64,000 bases of DNA. Origin: Gemmatimonadales bacterium. Its GTDB lineage: Bacteria > Gemmatimonadota > Gemmatimonadetes > Gemmatimonadales > GWC2-71-9. The DNA lies in the NCBI GenBank assembly GCA_041613315.1, contig JBFJHJ010000012.1:9731-73730 (forward strand), given 5' to 3'. Within the stretch, counting starts at the first letter, position 1; each line of letters begins with the position of its first letter. The translations under genes were made by a program, and so were the position numbers. The notes under the pieces are model-generated. The model had not been told where the DNA came from. It made no database searches and saw nothing but the letters and a program-made list of their open reading frames with translations. Shown here piece by piece: positions 43,632 to 53,193 of the stretch.

Positions 43632-46468
43632 CGGCACGAGCGGCGCACCTCCTCCCGGGCGCGAGTGATTTGGGGCGCGAATGCCGGGTCGGCATCGGTC
43701 CACAGCTCGAGCACGCGGCTGAAGTGGCGGCAGGCGTCGGGTCGCCGGCCGCGGCGGGCCGCCTGGTCGCCGCGGACCCACATGACGTGTGGGCCAATGG
43801 CCCAGTCGATCTCCGCGGCCTGGGCGGGGCCGACGGGGATGCGGACGAATTCGAAGTGCTCGTACCAGAGGCGCGTCGAGTCGGCGGCTTCCGGCCGGCC
43901 GAGGCTGTCCAGCCAGGCGGCGCGCTGCACGTGCAGCAGGGCCCGGGCGAAGGGGTCGCCGCCCCGGGCCGCAGAGTCGAACGGCAGGAGGGCGGCCGAC
44001 CGGGCGAGCGCGTCGCGGAACGCCCCGCGCGCCCCCAGGCCTGCCGCGTCGAGCTGGGCGCCGAGGCGCACGGCGGCGGGGTCCAGCGCCAGCCCGCCCA
44101 GCACCTCCGCCCACCGTGCCGCCGCGGCGCCGTCACCGGCGGCGACCGCCAGCATGCCCAACGCCCAGGCCGCCCGCGGACGCAGCTCGGGCCTGCGGCG
44201 CGCCAGGGCCTCCAACTCGGCGCGGCCGGCCGCGACGGCGTCCGAGGTGAGGCCGGGGATCCCCAAGACTCTCCCGAGGACGCGCCATTCGGCCGGCTCG
44301 AGCCGCGCGGCGGGTGACCCCCGCAGGGCGGCCGCCGAGTCGAGGTGCGCGAGCCCACGCGGTATCTGGCCGAGCGCGATCCGCCCAAGGCCCTGACCCT
44401 CGTATGCGTCAGCTCGGGCCGCCGCGCTCGTCACGGGCGCGGCGGCCAGGGCCGCGCCCACCTCGGCCAGCGTTCGATACAGTCCCAGCATCGCCGTCAG
44501 ACGGAAAGCCTCGGCGAGCGCGGCGGCGTCGTCAGGTTGGCTCAGGATCTCGCCCCGTGTGGCCGCCGCCCGCTCCGGGTGAAAACGCTCGGCGATCGCG
44601 AAGGCCATCAGCGGCGGCTGATAGAACTGCACCTCGTCTCGAGGAGCCGACACGGCCGTGAACCGCGGCAGCAGCCGCTCTGCCCGCTCCCGGTTGCCCT
44701 GTCGGATGTAGGCCCAGAGGAGATGATAGAGTGTCGGGGCGAAGCTGCTGTCGGTGCGGAGGGCGGTCTCGAGTCGCTCTGTGCTGGCGTCGAGTCCAAT
44801 GCCGACGTGCGGTCCCCGACTCTGGCTCTCTTCGCCGTACAGGAAGGCGGCGTAGCCGTTGCGCGGGTAGCGCTCGGTGGCGAGGCGGTACGCGGCTAGC
44901 CGTGCCGCCTCCCCCGGTGCCAGTTGCGCCTCGATGAGCAGACTGTCGAGCTCGGGGAGGTCGCTGCCCCGTGTAGCGAGCAGCACGCGGAGGTCGACCG
45001 GGCCGTGCGGCTCCCCCGTCACGTTCCAGCGCCACGCGTTGGAGAGCCACCACGCGGCCAGCGGGAAGTCGGGATCGGCCCGTAACGCGTCCTCGAAGTG
45101 CGAGACCGCTGTTCGGAACGAGTTCCGCTTGAAGGCGCGAAGGCCGTCCAGAAAGCTGATCAGTGCCGGGTCACGCCGGGAGAGGGCGGTCGAGCCGGGA
45201 TAGTCGGACTCGTGTTCAGGCGCCACGACACGCGCGATCAGGTGCCCCAGCCGGTGCCCCGCCGTCGAGAGCTCCGTGACGGCAAGCCTTCCGGCGTCCC
45301 TGCGGGTGCCGTCGCGGGCGATCAGATCGAGATCTACGGACAGGGGTCCGGTCGTGCGCGTCAGCGATCCGGACACCAGGTACCGCGCCCGGGCTTCGTG
45401 GATGCATTTCGAGGTGAGTTGATCCGGCGGACTGCCGCAGGTCTTCCGCCACGCCTCGACGTCGCCGGCGCTCGCGAGCCTGAGTTGAGCGCGCCGCATG
45501 AACGGCTCGAGATTGTACCGGGTGAGCGTGGTGAGGTCCTCCGCGATCGTCGAATCGCCGGGGCCGCCGCTGAACGGGAGTACGGCGACATCCGATGTGG
45601 TCGTCGGCGGCCACAAGAGACTGATGGCGGCGAGTGCCCCGGCCACGACCCCGCCGAGCGTCAGCAGCAACGTCCGGCGGCGGTATTTCCGCGTGCGGGT
45701 CCGCCAGATGGCGCGACGGAAGGTGCGGGCGTCGGGCCATCGGTCGGGAGGACTCCACGCGAGGGCCTTTCGCAGGAGCGGTATCATGCGGCGCGGCACG
45801 CCCGACCAATCGGGCTTTTCTTCCGGCAGCATCGCGGTCCAGCGGCGGCCGGTGAACGCTTCGTAGACCACCATCGCCGCCGCGTAGAGATCGGTCCGGA
45901 CGCTGATGTTCCAGCCGAAGGCATGCTCGGGCGGCATGTAGCCGGGCGTCCCGGAGATGCCGTCGCCCGTCGTGGCGCCACTGTGGAGATCCCGGGCGAT
46001 CCCGAAGTCACAAAGGAGTGCGCGGTCGGCGAGGAGAAAGATGTTCGTGGGCTTGATGTCGCGGTGGATCACGCCCAGCCCGTGCACCGCCTCGAGGGCG
46101 TCCAGCAGGTCACGGCCGAGCTTGAGCGCTTCGGGCGGCGAGAGCGGCCCCGACGCGAGCCGGTCGGCGAGGGTCTCGCCCTCGATGTAGTCCATGACGT
46201 AATACGGGAGCCCGTCCGCCTCGCCGGCCCGATGCACGGGAACGACGTTGGGGTGGGTGAGGCTCGCGAGCACCCGCGCCTCCCGGAGGAAGCGCTCGAC
46301 CGCGCGCGCCGTGGCCAGCTCGGGACGGAGGATCTTGACGGCGACCGGGCGCTGGAGTACGGCGTCCCGGGCGAGGAAGACCGTCCCCATGCCGCCACGC
46401 ACTAGCAGACGCTCGACCTCGTACTCGGGCGCGAGGGCGGTCCGCAGGCGTTCCAGGATGGTGACCAT
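43628..46468 (-). CDS. Hanks-type Ser/Thr protein kinase with TM helix and TPR-like sensor region
   Basis: GGMGTV, VAVK, HRDIKPTN, DFG, GTPGYMPPE; TM LLLTLGGVVAGALAAISLLW; VAVLPF domain followed by helical repeats. Confidence 0.92.
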   Translation of the reverse strand: MVTILERLRTALAPEYEVERLLVRGGMGTVFLARDAVLQRPVAVKILRPELATARAVERFLREARVLASLTHPNVVPVHRAGEADGLPYYVMDYIEGETLADRLASGPLSPPEALKLGRDLLDALEAVHGLGVIHRDIKPTNIFLLADRALLCDFGIARDLHSGATTGDGISGTPGYMPPEHAFGWNISVRTDLYAAAMVVYEAFTGRRWTAMLPEEKPDWSGVPRRMIPLLRKALAWSPPDRWPDARTFRRAIWRTRTRKYRRRTLLLTLGGVVAGALAAISLLWPPTTTSDVAVLPFSGGPGDSTIAEDLTTLTRYNLEPFMRRAQLRLASAGDVEAWRKTCGSPPDQLTSKCIHEARARYLVSGSLTRTTGPLSVDLDLIARDGTRRDAGRLAVTELSTAGHRLGHLIARVVAPEHESDYPGSTALSRRDPALISFLDGLRAFKRNSFRTAVSHFEDALRADPDFPLAAWWLSNAWRWNVTGEPHGPVDLRVLLATRGSDLPELDSLLIEAQLAPGEAARLAAYRLATERYPRNGYAAFLYGEESQSRGPHVGIGLDASTERLETALRTDSSFAPTLYHLLWAYIRQGNRERAERLLPRFTAVSAPRDEVQFYQPPLMAFAIAERFHPERAAATRGEILSQPDDAAALAEAFRLTAMLGLYRTLAEVGAALAAAPVTSAAARADAYEGQGLGRIALGQIPRGLAHLDSAAALRGSPAARLEPAEWRVLGRVLGIPGLTSDAVAAGRAELEALARRRPELRPRAAWALGMLAVAAGDGAAAARWAEVLGGLALDPAAVRLGAQLDAAGLGARGAFRDALARSAALLPFDSAARGGDPFARALLHVQRAAWLDSLGRPEAADSTRLWYEHFEFVRIPVGPAQAAEIDWAIGPHVMWVRGDQAARRGRRPDACRHFSRVLELWTDADPAFAPQITRAREEVRRSCR

Positions 46469-46512
46469 GGCTCCCCGTACCGGACCGGGCGGGTGGCCCG
46501 GCGGCAGGGGAT

Positions 46513-46541
46513 AGCGTAGAGAGCGGGAGGGACCGGGTCAA
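46513..46541 (-). promoter_or_regulatory. sigma70-like promoter of the kinase operon
   Basis: TTGACC-17nt-TACGCT on the minus strand. Confidence 0.55.
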
Positions 46542-46551
46542 GCGCACAGAC

Positions 46552-46574
46552 GCCCCGGGCGGGGCGCCCGGGGC
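46552..46574 (-). terminator. GC hairpin downstream of the fasciclin gene
   Basis: GCCCCGGGCG-ggg-CGCCCGGGGC; weak U-tract. Confidence 0.5.
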
Positions 46575-46599
46575 TCCGTGCATCCGACCGGTGGAGATG

Positions 46600-47103
46600 T
46601 TACGGGATCAGTACCGTGTCGATCACGTGGATCACGCCGTTGGACGCTCTGATGTCGGTCGCGGTGACCTTGGCCTTGTCCACCATCACCGTACCACCAT
46701 GCACCATGATCGAGATGCTCTTGCCCTGCACGGTCTTCGCCGACGAAAGCTTCACGACGTCACCCGCCATGACGACACCGGGGACGACGTGGTAGGTGAG
46801 GACCGCCGTCAGCTTGGCCTTATCCGCCAGCAGCGCGTCCAGCGTCCCCGCGGGGAGTTTCTGGAACGCCTCGTCGGTCGGCGCGAAGACGGTGAACGGA
46901 CCGGGGCCCGTGAGCACGTCCACCAGCCCAGCGGCCTTGAGGGCCGTCGCCAGCGTCGTGAACGAACCGGCGGCCACCGCCGTCTGCACGATGTCTTTCT
47001 CGGCCCGGGTGGCCTTCTTCTCCTTGTACTGCGCCGCGAGCGGGCCCGCCAAGAGGGGGCTCAGCGCCAGCGCGGCGATCGCGATCAGCATCGTCCTCTT
47101 CAT
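46600..47103 (-). CDS. Secreted fasciclin (FAS1) domain protein
   Basis: [57 protein letters not shown]. Confidence 0.95.
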   Translation of the reverse strand: MKRTMLIAIAALALSPLLAGPLAAQYKEKKATRAEKDIVQTAVAAGSFTTLATALKAAGLVDVLTGPGPFTVFAPTDEAFQKLPAGTLDALLADKAKLTAVLTYHVVPGVVMAGDVVKLSSAKTVQGKSISIMVHGGTVMVDKAKVTATDIRASNGVIHVIDTVLIP

Positions 47104-47176
47104 TATGGATCTCCTTTACTAGTCGAGTGCGAGCTCCCGGCCGGCGGCCGGGAGCCGGTGACGAGGTGGTGCCCGT

Positions 47177-47398
47177 TTAGGCCCGGGCAGGCGCCAGGTG
47201 CCAGCGGCGCTGAATGGCCTTCCAGCCGAGGCCCTGGTAAATGGCGGCGAGGCCCACCAGCGCGTACACGGTGCGGCTCAGCGCGCTCATGTCGCCGAGC
47301 AGGGTGGCGACCAGGTCGAAGTCCAGCACACCCACGAGGCCCCAGTTGAGACCGCCCACGACGAGCAGGATCGCGACGGTGATGTCGAGCGCTTTCAC
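47177..47398 (-). CDS. DUF378 small membrane protein
   Basis: LLVVGGLNWGLVG..FDLVA.LLG....LSR.VY.LVGLAA; GGAGG RBS. Confidence 0.9.
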   Translation of the reverse strand: MKALDITVAILLVVGGLNWGLVGVLDFDLVATLLGDMSALSRTVYALVGLAAIYQGLGWKAIQRRWHLAPARA

Positions 47399-47427
47399 TT
47401 GTCCCTCCGTTGCAGAGTGGCATAGTC

Positions 47428-47497
47428 TGTCTATTGATTGTCTAGGACGATACTAGGGCGGTTGCTTTTTGTCAAGTCTGTGTCTAGTTTCTGTCTA
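47428..47497 (-). promoter_or_regulatory. CarH/LitR-type operator (11-bp direct repeats) overlapping the sigma70 promoter of DUF378-fasciclin
   Basis: Plus strand TGTCTA at 47428, 47439, 47481, 47492 and TGTCAA at 47470 (11-bp spacing within each block); minus-strand -35 TTGACA (47475-47470), 17 nt, -10 TATCGT (47452-47447). Confidence 0.8.
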
Positions 47498-47564
47498 AGT
47501 ATCGACGCTACGCGGGTTTATTGGGGGGCTTGCAAGGGGGACTCGCCGAGGACGGAGAGGCGAC

Positions 47565-48497
47565 GTGAGCGACCAGCGACATCCGATCCAGGTCGTGGCT
47601 CGGCGGACGGGCCTCTCGGCGGACGTGCTGCGGGCCTGGGAGAAGCGCTACGACGCCGTCACGCCGGAGCGGACGGCCACGGGGCGGCGGGTGTATTCCG
47701 ATGCCGATATCGACCGGCTGCGCCTCCTGAAGCGGCTCACGGTGGGCGGCCGCAGTATCGGGCAGATCGCAGCGCTCCCGAGTGCGGACCTGGTGGCGCT
47801 GGTGCGCGAGGACGCTTCCGAGGCCGCCCGGGCGGCCCCCGCTCCCGGGAGCGCCCCCTCACTGGGCCTCGCAGCGCCGACCGTCGCCCGCGCGCTGGCG
47901 GCGGTGAAGGCGCTGGATGGTGAGGCACTCGATTCGGTGCTCGCGCGCGCCGTGGTTGCCCTTCGGGCGCCTGAGATGATCGACCAGGTGGCAGTGCCGC
48001 TCCTCGAGCAGGTGGGGGCGGAATGGCAGGCGGGCCGCCTTGGCGTTGCGGAGGAGCACCTCGCCTCCGGGGTGCTCCGTCGGGTGCTCGGCCAACTCCT
48101 GAGCTCCAGCGCACCGGCAAGTGCCCCCCGGCTGGTCGCGGCGACGCTCCAGGGCGAGCGTCATGAGTTCGGCGCCCTGCTCGCCGCCGCGAGCGCGGTC
48201 GCCACCGGCTGGCCGGTTACCTACCTCGGCGCGGACCTCCCCGCCAACGACATCGCTGCGGCCGCGCGGCACCAGGACGCCCGCGCGGTGGCGCTGAGCA
48301 TCGTTTGTCCCACGACCGGCGCCGATATCGCACGGGAGGTGGCGGCGCTCACGGACGCCCTTCCGAAGGAAATGACGCTCGTCGTGGGCGGCCGAGCCGC
48401 GGCGCGCTACCATGCCGCCCTCGCGGACGCCGGCGCGGTCCACCTCGCGGACTTCGCCGCGCTGCGCGCGTATCTGGCGTCGGTGGAGCCGCTCTAG
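47565..48497 (+). CDS. MerR-family regulator with B12-binding domain (CarH/LitR-like photoreceptor)
   Basis: MerR HTH (VLRAWEKRY..P.RT..GRRVYS), W-x9-EH (WQAGRLGVAEEH), ExHxxG (GERHEFG), YLGADLP. Confidence 0.9.
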   Translation: MSDQRHPIQVVARRTGLSADVLRAWEKRYDAVTPERTATGRRVYSDADIDRLRLLKRLTVGGRSIGQIAALPSADLVALVREDASEAARAAPAPGSAPSLGLAAPTVARALAAVKALDGEALDSVLARAVVALRAPEMIDQVAVPLLEQVGAEWQAGRLGVAEEHLASGVLRRVLGQLLSSSAPASAPRLVAATLQGERHEFGALLAAASAVATGWPVTYLGADLPANDIAAAARHQDARAVALSIVCPTTGADIAREVAALTDALPKEMTLVVGGRAAARYHAALADAGAVHLADFAALRAYLASVEPL

Positions 48498-48657
48498 GGG
48501 ACGCGCCGTTTGCGGTCCGCAATCCGTGTGGTCCCGTCAGCCCATCTCAGGGGCGGGGATCGACGACGTTGGCGCGGGGCTGCGTTCGACGCCCCGCCGC
48601 TCCGGATCGCGGACTGCCGATGGCCGTGAGCGCGCTTGGCCTCACAGCAAACAGACG

Positions 48658-50814
48658 TCACTCCCGGAACGGGCTGGTCTCGAAGAAGCTCGTCTGCCGA
48701 AACATCTCGTTCGCCAGCTCCCCGGCGCGCCTCGCGCGCGCGAGGCGCGCCGAGTCCGGGGGTGCCGCCGCGTCGGCCTGCTGCTGGACGGCGAACTCGG
48801 CGAACCCGTTGTACACGAGCGCGTACAGCGAGAGGATCCCTTCCGAGGGCTCGTCGATCCAGCCGCGGGGCCGGTCGCGCGCGGCGCTCTCCGGGTGATA
48901 TACGTCGAACAGCAGGCTCTCCGTGCGCACCATGTCGGTCCACCCCAGGCCGGAGAGGCGCACCACGGTGTCGGAGCCGCGCACCGAATCGGGCAGCAGC
49001 TTGCGGGCGAGGCCATGACCCACGACATAGGGGCGGAACCCCAGGGCGTCCGGATACCCGCCCGTAGTGCGCGAGAAATACACCGGCCGGCGACCCAGGT
49101 TGTCGCGGATGAGCTGCAGCGTCACGATGTCCGCGCGGGCGAGGTACGCGGCGCCCAGCAGGGCTTGAAGCTCCCCGACGCGGAACATGTTGCGATCTCC
49201 GACGGGATAGACCTCGGGCAGGGCGTCGATTTGGGCGTACGACCAGCTGATCGCCGGCTCGGTCGGTCGCGGCCACGACCGGCCGGCGTACGGGGGGATC
49301 GCGCGGCTCGAGTCGAACGCCTCGATCGGTCGCCGTTTGAGTTGACGGATGTGCCAGAAGGTGTTCATCAGGGAGAGATTCGCCACCAGCACGTCGCGCC
49401 GCACCCCCTCGACCTCCTGCGCGTACCAGAGCGGGAACGTGTCGTTGTCCCCCGACGTGATCAGAATCCCGTAGGGCTCGACGGACTGGAGCAGGTCCCA
49501 CGCGAAGTCGCGAGGCATCGTCTCGCCGGCCCGGGACGCCGTGAGGTGGTTGCCCCACAAGGGAAGGAGGGCGAGCAGCAAGACGGGCGTCGCCGGTGCC
49601 ACGCCTACGGCGTGCGGGAGGCGCTTCCCCACCCACGCCAGGATGGTGCCGAAGCCGAGCGCCGCCCAGACCCCCCAGAGCTGGAATGAGGCGATGAAGA
49701 AGTAGTCGCGCTCGCGAACTTCGCGGTCGATGTTCTCGCCGGGCCGGATGGAGTAGCCGTAGCGGAAGTTCAGGTAGAACACGAGGACGACCGTGACGGT
49801 CACCATGAGCGCCGTCATGGCCACGGCGCCCCGGCGGTCGCGCTGCCAATGTTCCACCGCGCCCACCAGCCCGAGCGCGCCGAAGAGCGCCGCCAAGCCG
49901 CCGCGGAGCGCCGTCCCCCAATCGTGGGCGAACTGCCAGGTGAAGTACTGCACGTAGTTGGCGTACTGCCACAGCAGGTCGGCTTGGCGCTGGAACAGCG
50001 ACCCCTTCTGGTACTGATCCCGGTTGAGCACTGCGAGCAGCGCGTCCCAGGTCGTGGGCTCGCCCTCGTTGATTGCCGGAAAGTGCTTGGCGCGGAACCA
50101 CAAGAAGGCGAAGACCGTGAGGCCGGCTCCGAACGCCAGGGCGCCGGCCGCCCACATGCGCCACCGGACGAGCACCGTGGGGTCGGTGTAGAGCACGTAC
50201 ACCAGAATCGCCGGCGCGACCAGCAGGCCCATCAGGTGGTTCGTCGCGCTCAGCCCTATGAGGTAGGCGATCACGATCAGCCAGTGATCGCGCCGCTCGC
50301 CGGCGGGTTGGTCGCCCCAGTGTACCACGAGCCACAGCACCAGGGCGATCGAGAACAGGCTCAGCGTGTAGACCTTCTCGTTCACGACCGATTGGTTCCA
50401 GACCGTGAAGCTGGTGGCCCCCACCAAGACCCCAGCCAACGCCGCTCCGAGCCGTGCCCAGCGCGGGCCCGGTAGGACCGTCTGGAGGAACCGCTCGGCG
50501 ACCAGAAAGAGGAAACCCGACGCCAGGGCGCTCGCCAGTGCCGAGAGGAGGTTGATCACGAGGGCGTAGTTGCCGACGAAGCCGAGCAGGTCGCCCCATA
50601 CGTGTGCCAGGATGACGAACAGCGGGTTGCCGGGCGGATGCGGGATGCCCAGCACCTTGGCCGCGGCGATGTACTCGGACGTATCCCAGAACTGGGTCGT
50701 CGGGGCGATCGTCAGGAGGTAGATCGCGAAGACGATCAGCGCGACGAGCACCGCGGGCCCGTAGGGCGGGCGAGTTTCGGGCTGCGTGGCTGGCGTGGTC
50801 GCCGTTGTGGTCAT
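48658..50814 (-). CDS. DUF2723 (TMEM260-like, GT-C fold) polytopic membrane protein
   Basis: YLLTIAPT..FWDTSEY, LGIPHPPGNPLF, EVRERDYFF, GDNDTFPLWYAQEVEG. Confidence 0.88.
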   Translation of the reverse strand: MTTTATTPATQPETRPPYGPAVLVALIVFAIYLLTIAPTTQFWDTSEYIAAAKVLGIPHPPGNPLFVILAHVWGDLLGFVGNYALVINLLSALASALASGFLFLVAERFLQTVLPGPRWARLGAALAGVLVGATSFTVWNQSVVNEKVYTLSLFSIALVLWLVVHWGDQPAGERRDHWLIVIAYLIGLSATNHLMGLLVAPAILVYVLYTDPTVLVRWRMWAAGALAFGAGLTVFAFLWFRAKHFPAINEGEPTTWDALLAVLNRDQYQKGSLFQRQADLLWQYANYVQYFTWQFAHDWGTALRGGLAALFGALGLVGAVEHWQRDRRGAVAMTALMVTVTVVLVFYLNFRYGYSIRPGENIDREVRERDYFFIASFQLWGVWAALGFGTILAWVGKRLPHAVGVAPATPVLLLALLPLWGNHLTASRAGETMPRDFAWDLLQSVEPYGILITSGDNDTFPLWYAQEVEGVRRDVLVANLSLMNTFWHIRQLKRRPIEAFDSSRAIPPYAGRSWPRPTEPAISWSYAQIDALPEVYPVGDRNMFRVGELQALLGAAYLARADIVTLQLIRDNLGRRPVYFSRTTGGYPDALGFRPYVVGHGLARKLLPDSVRGSDTVVRLSGLGWTDMVRTESLLFDVYHPESAARDRPRGWIDEPSEGILSLYALVYNGFAEFAVQQQADAAAPPDSARLARARRAGELANEMFRQTSFFETSPFRE

Positions 50815-50886
50815 CAGCAGCTCATGTGTCGAAGAGAGGACGGGGCCCCGGACACCGTATCAGGGACAACGGGGAACGGCATCCGC

Positions 50887-52419
50887 TCAATGTCTGAACT
50901 GCCGCCGGCCCGTGAGGACCATGGCGATCCCGTGCGCGTCGGCCGCCGCTGTAACATCGTCGTCCCGGACCGAGCCGCCGGGCTGGATGATCGCGCTGAT
51001 CCCGGCCCCGGCCGCTTGCTCGATGCCGTCCGCAAACGGAAAGAAGGCATCCGACGCGAGCACCGCCCCCGCGGGGTCATGGCCCGCCTCGCGCGCCTTG
51101 TGGACGGCCAGGAAGGCGGCGTCGACGCGGCTCATCTGGCCGGCTCCGATGCCGACGGCCGCCTCGCGCCTGGCCAGGAGGATGGCGTTCGACTTGACGC
51201 CGGCCACTGCGGCCCAGGCGAACCGGAGGTCGCGCCATTCGGCGTCGTTCGGGCCGCGCTGCGTGCAGACGCTCCAGCCGGTCTCACGCGGTTCGAACAC
51301 GAACCGGTCCTGCACGAGGAACCCGCCGCGCACGCGCTTGAAGTCCAAGGCTGGACGCGTATCGGCGATCGGCAACTCGACGACGCGCAGATTCTTCTTT
51401 CGCTGGAAGACCGGAAGCGCGTCATCGTGGAACCGGGGAGCGACGACGACCTCCACGAACAGCTCGCGCATCGCCTCCGCGGTCTCGGCGTCCACCACGG
51501 TGTTGAAGGCCACCACTGATCCGAACGCCGAGGTGGGGTCCGTGGCAAGCGCTGCGCGGAACGCCTCCGCCGGCGTTCCGCCCAACGCGATGCCACACGG
51601 CGTCGTGTGCTTGATGACGGCGCAGGCGGTGCGGTCGGGCCACGGCGCGAGGGCCACCGTGGCGCCCTCGATGTCGAGCAGGTTGTTGAACGACAGCTCC
51701 TTGCCGTGGAGCTGCGACAGCGCGTCCACGCCCCGGCCCTCGCCGCTCGCATACAGCCCCGCTCGCTGAAACGGGTTCTCGCCGTAGCGGAGCGGTTGCA
51801 GGCGGTCGAGCACGAGGCTCAGCGCGGGCGGCAGGCCCTCGCCCGCCGGCGCGAGGTAGCGGGCGATCGCGGCATCGTACGCCGCGGTGTGGCTGAACAC
51901 GCGGGTGGCCAGCTCGCGCCGGAAGTCGTCGGGGACCGCCCCGTCCCGAAGCGCGGCCAGCACTCGATCGTAGTCGGACGGGTCGGTCACGACGAGCACC
52001 CAGCGGTGGTTCTTCGCCGCGGAACGAAGCATCCAGGGGCCGCCGATGTCGATCTGCTCGATGGCGTCCTCCGGACGCGTGGCCGGGTTCGCGACGGTTT
52101 GGCGAAACGGGTAGAGATTCACCGCCACGAGGTCGATGGCGGTGAAGTCATGCGTCTCCAGCGCCTCGAGATGCGCGGGCGTGTCGCGGCGGGCGAGGAG
52201 CGCGGCGTGCACCGCGGGGTGCAGCGTCTTGACGCGGCCGTCCATGATTTCGGGAAACCCGGTGACGTGCTCGATCCCGATGACGGGGAGCCCGGCGTCG
52301 CGCAGCGCCCGCGCGGTCCCCCCGGTGGAAATGATCTCCCAGCCGAGGGCGACGAGGCCGCGGGTGAACGCCACGACGCCGGTCTTGTCCGATACCGAGA
52401 TGAGGGCTCGTCGCGTCAT
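50887..52419 (-). CDS. purH: Bifunctional AICAR transformylase/IMP cyclohydrolase
   Basis: RALISVSDKTG, GRVKTLHP, LRYGENP, VKSNAI, GAGQMSRVD, ASDAFFPF, TGRRQFRH. Confidence 0.97.
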   Translation of the reverse strand: MTRRALISVSDKTGVVAFTRGLVALGWEIISTGGTARALRDAGLPVIGIEHVTGFPEIMDGRVKTLHPAVHAALLARRDTPAHLEALETHDFTAIDLVAVNLYPFRQTVANPATRPEDAIEQIDIGGPWMLRSAAKNHRWVLVVTDPSDYDRVLAALRDGAVPDDFRRELATRVFSHTAAYDAAIARYLAPAGEGLPPALSLVLDRLQPLRYGENPFQRAGLYASGEGRGVDALSQLHGKELSFNNLLDIEGATVALAPWPDRTACAVIKHTTPCGIALGGTPAEAFRAALATDPTSAFGSVVAFNTVVDAETAEAMRELFVEVVVAPRFHDDALPVFQRKKNLRVVELPIADTRPALDFKRVRGGFLVQDRFVFEPRETGWSVCTQRGPNDAEWRDLRFAWAAVAGVKSNAILLARREAAVGIGAGQMSRVDAAFLAVHKAREAGHDPAGAVLASDAFFPFADGIEQAAGAGISAIIQPGGSVRDDDVTAAADAHGIAMVLTGRRQFRH

Positions 52420-53141
52420 CCGTCGTCGGTCGTCCGTTCCCCTTGGGGTCGGTGGATCCGTCCCGCGGCCGCCGTCGCCCGCCCCTCGCCGTCGTCCGCG
52501 GGCATCAGGCGGTCCGCGATCGTTCGTGGATCGGCGCGCACGTCGAAGGCGCCGCCCCGGGGTACGAGCCGCACCACGCGCCCTGCGCGCGCGGCGGCCC
52601 GTACGACGGCCGGGAGTAACCGGTGCTCGACGGCCAGCACCCGGGCGGCCAGCGTCTCCGGCGTGTCGCCCGGGGCGACCGGCACCGGCCACTGCGCGAC
52701 GATCGGGCCGCGGTCGTATTCCGCCGTCACGAGGTGCACGGAGACACCCGAGATCGCGGCACCGGAGGCCAGCACTGCCTCGTGCACCCTCCGCCCGTAC
52801 ATGCCGGCGCCGCCGAAGGCGGGCAGCAGCGCCGGATGGATGTTCACCATGCGGGCTCGGAACGCGGCGACCACGGGTTCCGGCACCAGTTTCAGGTAGC
52901 CCGCGAGAATCACGAGATCGACCCGGTGCGCCCTGAGCAGCGCGACGATGGCCGCGCCGTCGGCGGGATCCGCGATCAGCGCCGTCGCCACGCCGGCCGC
53001 ACGTGCCCGCTCCAGCGCTCCCGCGTCCCGGCGATTGCTCGCCACGAGCGCCACGCGCGCGAGCGCATCGTCCCGAAGGTCGTCCAGGAGCGCCTGCAGA
53101 TTGGTCCCGCTCCCCGACGCCAGCACCGCGACCCGCATCAT
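52416..53141 (-). CDS. purN: Phosphoribosylglycinamide formyltransferase
   Basis: VAVLASGSGTNLQA, LAGYLK, NIHPALLP.FGG.GMYG..VH, YDRGPI. Confidence 0.96.
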   Translation of the reverse strand: MMRVAVLASGSGTNLQALLDDLRDDALARVALVASNRRDAGALERARAAGVATALIADPADGAAIVALLRAHRVDLVILAGYLKLVPEPVVAAFRARMVNIHPALLPAFGGAGMYGRRVHEAVLASGAAISGVSVHLVTAEYDRGPIVAQWPVPVAPGDTPETLAARVLAVEHRLLPAVVRAAARAGRVVRLVPRGGAFDVRADPRTIADRLMPADDGEGRATAAAGRIHRPQGERTTDDG

Positions 53142-53193
53142 GCGCGGGGCAATCTCGTCATCGGGCCGCCGATCCACAATGCTCGCGAGGTCA

